Under the pieces are notes generated by a model that made no database searches, was not told the origin of the DNA, and saw nothing but the letters and a program-made list of their open reading frames with translations. A DNA stretch of 62,584 nt from a virus (lineage: Duplodnaviria; Caudoviricetes), in IMG/VR virus record IMGVR_UViG_3300013119_000806, positions 1-62,584 of that record. One strand, written 5' to 3'. Made by a program: the position numbers and the translations under genes. Within the stretch, counting starts at the first letter, position 1. Every line of letters begins with the position of its first letter. This document shows positions 55,965-62,584 of this stretch, in pieces.

Positions 55965-58900
55965 ATGAAGAAGACCCTCACAATCGCCCATATTAGCGAC
56001 ATCCACATCTACAACCGACGCTACCACAAGGAGTTCCTCCAAGTAGCCAACAAACTCTACACGAAGATAGTCAAACAACGCCCAGATCACATCCTCATCT
56101 CAGGGGACATTTTTCATGTCAAAGGTACGATGAGTCCCGAAGCCGTCCAGATCGCTGGCGACTTCTTCCGCTCCCTCGCCGATCTCGCTCCGACCATCGT
56201 GACGGTCGGGAATCATGATTGTCTCCAAAGCAACCTTGGTCGCCTAGACAGCATTAGTCCGATCATCTCCGCCCTCGACCACCCCGATCTCACCTATGCC
56301 AAATACACTCAAATCATTGAACTCAGCGAGGACTACGACCTCACCATCCTCGGCATCCTTGACGAAAACGAGTGGGAGAATGTAAAGCCACGAGACAACG
56401 GAAAGACGCACCTCGTCACCTTCCATGGCTCAGTCACCGGAGTAACCAGCGACACAGGCTGGGTTCTGGACCATGGCGACATCGACTTCGAGGTCCTAAC
56501 CCAATACGACTATGGTCTCCTCGGCGACATCCACGAGAGTCAAAGCGTCAACGAGGACGAACGCTTCCGTTATGCTGGCTCTTTGTGCCAAAACAACCAT
56601 GGCGAGAAAAACAACAAGGGCTACCTTTTGTGGCGGTTCGGCATTGGCGACGAGTGGCAATGCTCCCATCATCACATCCCGAACCCCAAGCCCTTTATGA
56701 CGATTGAGTTGACGGAGAAAGGAAACCTACCCCGTTCAGCAAACCCACCAGAGGGAGCCCGCCTTCGCATCGTAGCGAACCACTTGATCTCACTTGACAA
56801 GATCCGCAAATCTATGGATGTAGCCCGCTCCAAGTTTAACCCAGAGAGCCTCGCCTTCGTAAATAAAGCGGGCACAAAGAAATCGGATGTAAATTTAGAT
56901 GGGATTACAAACACAGAGAACCTCCGTGATCCCAAGGTCCAACAACAATTCATCGGGGATTACCTAAAAGACTACGACCCAGACCCAGACACCTTGAAGC
57001 GAGTGTTTGAGTTGAACGGACGCCTAAACACCCTCACCAACATTGATGCAGACATTATGCGAAATGTGAGATGGAACCTTCAATCAGTTGAGTGGGATAA
57101 CACCTTCAACTACGGCAAGAGAAACAAGGTCAATTATGAGAAATTAGATGGTGTTGTGGGATTATTCGGTCCCAATAGGAGTGGGAAGTGTGTCGACAAA
57201 AACACATTAATTGAGGTAGAATATGATGCGGAGCAAATTCGCCGCCTTCTGGGGTATTTGCCTGACAAAATGAAAAAGATGATGACAATTGGCGAGGTTT
57301 ATGAGATTTTCCTGAAACACGGATCCAGATTGGGGATGAAAGTGTCAACTCCATATGGTTATCGTAAGATTGAAGCCTGTGCTATCACAGCTAAACAGAG
57401 CAAGATAATGAGAGTGACGACACAAGGGGGTAAGACGCTAGATACTTCACCAGACCACTTGATTAAAACAAAGAACGGACAATTTCAGAGCGTCGTGAGG
57501 TTGCTGCCGGGCGACATCATCCAGACCATCACCGGCAATGATGCTGTTTTGTCGACGGAGATGCTCCCGCATACTGATGACCTATATGATATACAGGTTG
57601 CCGGCGAGGAGCAATATTACTCCAACGGCATCGTCTCGCACAACTCATCAGTCCTAGACACTTTGCTCTATTGTCTCTACAACACAACGAGCAAGAACAA
57701 CCGCAAGAACTTCAACATCATCAACCAGACCCAGCCCTATTGTTCGGCAAGAGCCAAGATCGAAGCCAACGGCAAGATTTATACGATCGAGCGGAAGAGC
57801 GAGAAGTACGAGAAGAAGCTCAAGGGGCATATCACCCTCGAAGCCAAGACCTATGTAGAGTTCAGCGTAGAAGACCCATCCACGGGAGAGACAACCAACC
57901 TCAACGGAGCCGACCGCAACGCCACCGACAAAGAGATCCGCAAGATCTTCGGCACGATTGACGACTTCCTCCTAACCTCTATGAGTTCCCAGATGGACGG
58001 ACTACGCTTCATCAACGAGGGTTCCACCGAGCGCAAGAAGATCCTCGCTCGCTTTTTAGATTTGGAGATCTTCGAAAACAAGTTCAAGGTCGCCAAGGAC
58101 GAGAGCGTCGACATCCGAGCCCTCCTCAAGAAGTACGAAGAAAACACCTTTGACGAGGACACCCTAACCCTCACCCAACAACTCGCCACAAACGAACAGG
58201 AGCGCGAGAACCAGCGCTCTAAATGCGATACAATCAAGGGAAACATCGCCACCCTAACCACCACCCGTCAAGACATCCAGTCCAAACTAGACGCAGTCCC
58301 AATCCGCCACATCAACATCGCCCAAGAGCGCCAATCCTACACCACCACCCACAAGCAGATCACCACCCTCGCCGGACAACTCGGCTCTACGATGAAGCAG
58401 AAGCTCGACCTCCTCACCTCAATTTCTCGGCAACAAAAAGAAAGAGATGAAATCAATGAGGAGGAACTAACCACAAAGTTCGAAGAGTTAGAGAAATACG
58501 AGAAGCAGAAGCAAGCACTAACCGCGGGCATCAGCAAAGCAGAGCACGAACTCAAAATCCTCTCCAAGAGCACAAAGGTGTTAGGGGATGTCCCATGCAA
58601 TGACGGCTACCCGACCTGCCCCTTGTTGAAGAACGCTCACACAGCGAAGCAGAAGACCGAGAAGATCAACAAGGGTTTGATGATGCACAAGGACAGCCTT
58701 GAAAACCTGGTTAAGAACATTGACTTGATGAACCCAGAGCGACTACGGAGAGAAAGGGTGGCGTTAGTGACCTTATCCGACAGCATCGCCGCCGACCAGC
58801 GCTCATTGTCCGAAAGGGAACTCCGAATTGAGAAGATGAAGGTCGAGAACCTCTCTTTGGACTCTAAATTGAAGGAAATCCAGGGTCGCATAGCCACTTA

Positions 58901-59585
58901 TGAGGAGAACAAGGAGGCAATTGAGGGCAAAGAGGAGCTTTTGCAACAAATTGTAGCCCTCGACATCGACATTCAGGCTGGGGAGACGGAATTAGGCCGT
59001 TGCGACACTAAAATCCTTGATTTGGTGAAGTCTCACGGCTCTTTGGAGCAGCAAATCGTCCAAATCGCCGAAAAGAAAGCAGAATTGCTTGATTTACGTG
59101 AGAAATACACTGCATACGACCTTATGATGCGGGTTTTACACCCAAACGGCGTCTCCTACCAGGTTATCAAGTCTTTGTTGCCCCTTATCAACGACGAGAT
59201 CAACAAAGTGCTCGCAAATGTCGCAGAGTTCCAAATTTTGATGTCTGCGGACGGCAAGAAGCTCGATGTCCAGATCAAACACCCCAAATATGAGCCCCGA
59301 GCGATTGAGATGGCTTCGGGAGCCGAAAAGTCGCTTGCTGGTTTAGCATTACGCATCGCCCTAACAAATGTGAGCACTCTCCCTCGTCCGTCCATTATGA
59401 TCTTGGACGAGCCAGCCACAGCCCTCGACGACGAAGGCATGGTCGGCTTCGCTCGTGTCTTGGATCTTTGCAAGTCCTATTACGACAAGGTGATCCTCAT
59501 CACCCATCTCCAAGCCTTAAAAGACTCAGCAGACTGCTCCATCGACATCGAACGCCGAGGAAGCTTTGCCTACATCAGTCAATAA
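55965..59585 (+). CDS. sbcD-sbcC: fused SbcD/Mre11 nuclease and SbcC/Rad50 ATPase (gp47-gp46-like) with mini-intein
   Basis: SDIH, GDIFH, GNHD, FHG and GDIH motifs; Walker A GPNRSGK|SS; coiled coil; ASGAEK signature; LDEP; ITH. Confidence 0.92.
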   Translation: MKKTLTIAHISDIHIYNRRYHKEFLQVANKLYTKIVKQRPDHILISGDIFHVKGTMSPEAVQIAGDFFRSLADLAPTIVTVGNHDCLQSNLGRLDSISPIISALDHPDLTYAKYTQIIELSEDYDLTILGILDENEWENVKPRDNGKTHLVTFHGSVTGVTSDTGWVLDHGDIDFEVLTQYDYGLLGDIHESQSVNEDERFRYAGSLCQNNHGEKNNKGYLLWRFGIGDEWQCSHHHIPNPKPFMTIELTEKGNLPRSANPPEGARLRIVANHLISLDKIRKSMDVARSKFNPESLAFVNKAGTKKSDVNLDGITNTENLRDPKVQQQFIGDYLKDYDPDPDTLKRVFELNGRLNTLTNIDADIMRNVRWNLQSVEWDNTFNYGKRNKVNYEKLDGVVGLFGPNRSGKCVDKNTLIEVEYDAEQIRRLLGYLPDKMKKMMTIGEVYEIFLKHGSRLGMKVSTPYGYRKIEACAITAKQSKIMRVTTQGGKTLDTSPDHLIKTKNGQFQSVVRLLPGDIIQTITGNDAVLSTEMLPHTDDLYDIQVAGEEQYYSNGIVSHNSSVLDTLLYCLYNTTSKNNRKNFNIINQTQPYCSARAKIEANGKIYTIERKSEKYEKKLKGHITLEAKTYVEFSVEDPSTGETTNLNGADRNATDKEIRKIFGTIDDFLLTSMSSQMDGLRFINEGSTERKKILARFLDLEIFENKFKVAKDESVDIRALLKKYEENTFDEDTLTLTQQLATNEQERENQRSKCDTIKGNIATLTTTRQDIQSKLDAVPIRHINIAQERQSYTTTHKQITTLAGQLGSTMKQKLDLLTSISRQQKERDEINEEELTTKFEELEKYEKQKQALTAGISKAEHELKILSKSTKVLGDVPCNDGYPTCPLLKNAHTAKQKTEKINKGLMMHKDSLENLVKNIDLMNPERLRRERVALVTLSDSIAADQRSLSERELRIEKMKVENLSLDSKLKEIQGRIATYEENKEAIEGKEELLQQIVALDIDIQAGETELGRCDTKILDLVKSHGSLEQQIVQIAEKKAELLDLREKYTAYDLMMRVLHPNGVSYQVIKSLLPLINDEINKVLANVAEFQILMSADGKKLDVQIKHPKYEPRAIEMASGAEKSLAGLALRIALTNVSTLPRPSIMILDEPATALDDEGMVGFARVLDLCKSYYDKVILITHLQALKDSADCSIDIERRGSFAYISQ
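57189..57644 (+). mobile_element. mini-intein (152 aa, no endonuclease) in the Walker A motif
   Basis: Starts CVDKNT; block B TSPDH; block F LYDIQV; ends IVSHN followed by Ser. Confidence 0.92.
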
Positions 59586-59604
59586 CCGGCAACAAAAGGA
59601 AACC

Positions 59605-59632
59605 TTGACAAAGCCATAGAAGGTGCTATTCT
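59605..59632 (+). promoter_or_regulatory. sigma70-type early promoter (extended -10)
   Basis: TTGACA-16 nt-TATTCT with TGc; resembles the promoter at 61531. Confidence 0.65.
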
Positions 59633-59651
59633 GAGGTAGAAGGAGAACAAC

Positions 59652-59951
59652 ATGAGCGGAGGACACTGGGATTACGTACAATACCGACTTACTGACGTCA
59701 TCGATGAACTGAAAGGAATCGTCAGCGGGGAGATCAAGACAACCGATTGGAGCACGGGCGAGGAGGTCCTTGAACGAGACAACTATACACAGGTGACCCT
59801 CGAAGCGTTCAAGCGAGCGACCAAAGCCATCGAGATCGCCCAGACACACATCCAACGCATCGATTGGCTCTTGTCGGGCGATGACTCTGAGGAGAGTTAC
59901 TATAGGCGTCTTCATACGGAGTTAGAGAAGTTCGAAAATGACAAAGTATAA
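59652..59951 (+). CDS. hypothetical phage protein
   Basis: MSGGHWDY...RIDWLLSGDDSEES; AAGGAG SD. Confidence 0.75.
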   Translation: MSGGHWDYVQYRLTDVIDELKGIVSGEIKTTDWSTGEEVLERDNYTQVTLEAFKRATKAIEIAQTHIQRIDWLLSGDDSEESYYRRLHTELEKFENDKV

Positions 59952-60132
59952 AGCGGGCGACCTAGTGGTGTGGGAGACCCTGAACGACCTCCAAGACGAG
60001 GAGACGACCCTCTTGACTGGTTTGGTCGTAGAAACAAACCTAGACAACCCCGACCTCACCAAGGTGTTGTTCCCTGGTGAAGAGTCATTTTGGCTCCCGA
60101 CTATGGATTTGATATTAGTTAGTAAAACTTGA
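59938..60132 (+). CDS. small SH3/KOW-like protein
   Basis: YKAGDLV...GLVVE...KVLF...W pattern. Confidence 0.6.
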   Translation: MTKYKAGDLVVWETLNDLQDEETTLLTGLVVETNLDNPDLTKVLFPGEESFWLPTMDLILVSKT

Positions 60133-60167
60133 AGACCCTCGACTAATTAGTGAGTGGAGGGCAACAA

Positions 60168-60782
60168 ATGAAAAAGATGCTAAATGAGTGGAAGAGTTAT
60201 ATGGAAGAGAAGGTAGAACTCCCACAAGGGGAGTGGACCGAAGTCACTCCTGCCGAAATTAGATCTACAAAGGGCGACGAAGAAGTTGACCTCACCCAAG
60301 AACTATTCAAGTTGATCCAGAATGCCTACTCTTCCATCGGTGGGAACTTCAAGTACTCCTCCCCGGGCGACGTACCAGGCAAAGAAGATGTCTGGGGACT
60401 TCTCGATATAGATGGCGACGACACCCCGGATGCCCTCCGTGGCGGAAAGTCCGGACCTCACGGGACAAAGCTGACCCTAGCGGGACACAACGGAGCAAAG
60501 GAAGCCGTGGCTGCTTATCTTCAGAGAACTGCCGACCTCCTAAAACAACCAGGCAACTATGCCGAAATGAGCAAAGCAATCGCCCACATTATGATGACGA
60601 GACATGGTGTCCCCTTCGTCGGGTCTCCCGAGCAGGTCCAGCGTGTCCTTGGTCCCACCCGCCCCATCGAGTGGGTGGGGCTCAACCCAAACGGAAAGTA
60701 CCCAGAGTATCCGGGTTGGTACAAGAGAGAGATCGCAGGACGCAAGGGTGAGATGAAGATAATGCTCGGAATGCTCAAATAA
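60168..60782 (+). CDS. hypothetical protein with head-protein-like N-terminus
   Basis: MKKMLNEWKSYMEE; GGAGG SD; CTAATTA variant motif at 60143. Confidence 0.7.
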   Translation: MKKMLNEWKSYMEEKVELPQGEWTEVTPAEIRSTKGDEEVDLTQELFKLIQNAYSSIGGNFKYSSPGDVPGKEDVWGLLDIDGDDTPDALRGGKSGPHGTKLTLAGHNGAKEAVAAYLQRTADLLKQPGNYAEMSKAIAHIMMTRHGVPFVGSPEQVQRVLGPTRPIEWVGLNPNGKYPEYPGWYKREIAGRKGEMKIMLGMLK

Positions 60783-60785
60783 GTC

Positions 60786-60813
60786 TTGACTCTCAGCCAC
60801 CTTGTGGTATTGT
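60786..60813 (+). promoter_or_regulatory. sigma70-type early promoter
   Basis: TTGACT-16 nt-TATTGT with TGg. Confidence 0.55.
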
Positions 60814-60853
60814 AGTCAAGCGGGGAGATGGTCTCCCACCGAAAAGGATCCAG

Positions 60854-61321
60854 ATGAAAATTGTCTATCTTCACGGCATGCTAAGCAGTCCCGATAGTTC
60901 CAAGGCATCAGCATTGCGAGAGGCGGGACACGAAGTGTTTGCCCCTGCGCTCCCTAAGGATAGTTGGGATGTGAGTATGATGCTCGCCCAGCGAGCCATT
61001 GACGAAGAGGATCCCGATGTCGTTGTTGCCTCTTCCCGAGGTGGTGCTTTGGCCCTCAACATCAACACGGGTCGCCTCCCTCTTATTTTGATTGCTCCGG
61101 CGTGGAACAAGTTTGGACACCAGAGTCCCGAGGTGTTGGAGCGGATCAACTCTTGTCACATCACGCTCCTCCATTCCCCTTGCGACAATGTCGTATCCTA
61201 CGAGGACAGCCTTGTCGCCAGCGCCCACCTTCTCAATTCTGTGTTGATTCCAGTCGGTTCCGAACACAGAATGAACGACCAGTTAGCCATCCGTGCGATG
61301 CTGGATGCGGTGTTCCTATGA
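60854..61321 (+). CDS. alpha/beta hydrolase (YqiA-like esterase)
   Basis: YLHG..SSP.S.K, ASSRGG nucleophile elbow, LIAPA, H...D.VV and EH motifs. Confidence 0.85.
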   Translation: MKIVYLHGMLSSPDSSKASALREAGHEVFAPALPKDSWDVSMMLAQRAIDEEDPDVVVASSRGGALALNINTGRLPLILIAPAWNKFGHQSPEVLERINSCHITLLHSPCDNVVSYEDSLVASAHLLNSVLIPVGSEHRMNDQLAIRAMLDAVFL

Positions 61322-61530
61322 GGGCAGGAGATCTCGTAATAGTTCATTCGCCCATTTGAAGTTGAGTTAGTTTCCGGCACATAGAAAAAAGATAGATTGC
61401 GCTAGGTGAGAGACACACAGGGTTCTACTGATCTGAAAAGTATATACGACCCGACGATGCATAATGAGAGATTAGGAAGGCACGTCATTCACTGGTTCAA
61501 ATCCAGTAGCGCAATCTATCACCTATTTAT

Positions 61531-61558
61531 TTGACAAAGGCACAAACCGTGCTATTAT
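61531..61558 (+). promoter_or_regulatory. sigma70-type early promoter (extended -10), adjacent to CTATTTA at 61523
   Basis: TTGACA-16 nt-TATTAT with TGc. Confidence 0.7.
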
Positions 61559-61575
61559 GACGCAGAGGAAAGAGT

Positions 61576-62313
61576 ATGAGAATTCTATTAGCAAGCGACA
61601 TACACAACGAGCATCACAATGACCTTCCCCAATTCATCAGCCAACTAGACAAGACGGTTGATGTGTTGGTGTTAGCGGGTGACATTGATAGTCATGAGAT
61701 GATCGGCGAGACGCTGGGTGCTTTTAGCGAAGCATTCAAGAGTGTAGTTTATGTACCAGGCAACCATGAAGCATTTGGGACAACCCCGACGAAACTTCAC
61801 GAGGTCCTGTTGGACGCCGAAGAATTCAACATCAATCTTCACTATCTCCATCCGGAGGATCCAGAGGTCACTATCGACGGACAGCATTTCCTCGGTTCAA
61901 CTCTGTGGTATCCAGACCTTCCCGACAACTTCGCCCACAAGTCCCGAATGGCGGATTTTCGCTATATCGAGGAGTTTGAGCCGTGGGTCTATCAGCAGAA
62001 CGCCAAGTTTATGGAGAACTTGCGAGAGTTGGCTACCAGCGACAGCATCATCGTGTCGCACCACCTTCCCTCATATGACTGCGTAACGCCATTTTGGAGG
62101 AACAGCGGACTCAACAGGTTCTTTGTCTCAGAGTGCAAGAAGGAGATCGAAGAAATCCAGCCCAAATATTGGCTCCATGGGCATTCTCATACGAAGAGCG
62201 AGGTTCTCTTGGGAGAGACAAGGGTGGCTCTGGCACCGAGAGGCTACCCAAATGAGAGGTCATATAACGACCTATCTCTCTCCTATGACCCTAACTTCAT
62301 TATAGAGGTATGA
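61576..62313 (+). CDS. calcineurin-like metallophosphoesterase
   Basis: SDIH, LAGDI, PGNHE, SHHLP and HGHSH motifs. Confidence 0.92.
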   Translation: MRILLASDIHNEHHNDLPQFISQLDKTVDVLVLAGDIDSHEMIGETLGAFSEAFKSVVYVPGNHEAFGTTPTKLHEVLLDAEEFNINLHYLHPEDPEVTIDGQHFLGSTLWYPDLPDNFAHKSRMADFRYIEEFEPWVYQQNAKFMENLRELATSDSIIVSHHLPSYDCVTPFWRNSGLNRFFVSECKKEIEEIQPKYWLHGHSHTKSEVLLGETRVALAPRGYPNERSYNDLSLSYDPNFIIEV

Positions 62314-62314
62314 G

Positions 62315-62514
62315 ATGCCCTTCCAACCAGGCGACCTCGTGAAAATGAAGCGAGATAAATACCACCGGCTAGGAACCTACGGAGGGCTGACCCCGAAGGG
62401 TGAAGTTGGGCTTGTTTTGAAGATTGGCACAGCGCTTGATATTGAACCCTTATGTTAATCAATAATATTGTTTATTCCCCGGAAGAGTGGGAATTCGTGG
62501 AGGAAGAGAAGTGA
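62315..62514 (+). pseudogene. small GDLV/SH3-like gene apparently frameshifted
   Basis: MPFQPGDLVK...EVGLVLKI stops at TAA 62458; a plausible C-terminus LINNIVYSPEEWEFVEEEK continues in the -1 frame to TGA 62514. Confidence 0.4.
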
Positions 62515-62584
62515 AAATCACAGAAAAAGAGTTCGAAGCAATTGAATTAGCACTCTATGCTGCTGCCGAGGAAGGGGTGCTTCT
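62511..62584 (+). CDS. partial hypothetical protein (runs off window)
   Basis: GTG start after GGAGG; MKITEKEFEAIELALY. Confidence 0.45.
   Translation, partial: MKITEKEFEAIELALYAAAEEGVL

Noticed and set aside
1353-61887. Numerous minus-strand and nested ORFs in the track
   Set aside because: They are shadows of longer + strand genes and lack motifs or SD sequences.
1-62584. Stop-codon reassignment
   Set aside because: Standard-code ORFs tile the + strand densely, and TAA, TAG and TGA all end genes at sensible positions.

Overview
A 62.6-kb segment of a large, T4-distant myovirus-type (probably jumbo) bacteriophage. All credible genes are on the + strand and use the standard code. In order it contains: (1) the end of a tRNA array (Arg-TCT, Thr-TGT, Gly-TCC, Ala-TGC, Ser-AGA, Glu-TTC) with a free-standing HNH endonuclease and three small H-type pseudoknots in the spacers; (2) an Smr-domain gene, an M15 endolysin and an RNase H-like YkuK gene; (3) tail-fibre-like genes; (4) a ligase-fold/HxGH nucleotidyltransferase fusion; (5) a six-unit tandem repeat directly upstream of a complete tmRNA (tag ANDNFNMEMAA) that the ORF track does not show; (6) PIN-PhoH with a class 3 LAGLIDADG intein; (7) a zincin, a Cas4-like nuclease, two GT4 glycosyltransferases and a gp55-like late sigma factor; (8) a baseplate module (dual-lytic gp5-like hub, spike, gp25, gp6, a 3406-aa protein); (9) a RuvC-like resolvase, primase and a fused SbcD-SbcC with a mini-intein; (10) small early genes. 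Late genes are preceded by a conserved CTATTTA motif and early genes by sigma70-type promoters. The most novel-looking signals are at the RNA level: spacer pseudoknots at a fixed distance from tRNA 5' ends, a tRNA-Thr with an inverted C19-G56 elbow pair, an A34 tRNA-Ser, and the repeat-led tmRNA. Together with the Smr, PIN-PhoH and ligase-like genes they suggest, as inference only, a phage translation rescue/protection system. All calls come from reading motifs and base-pairing by eye; no searches were run.
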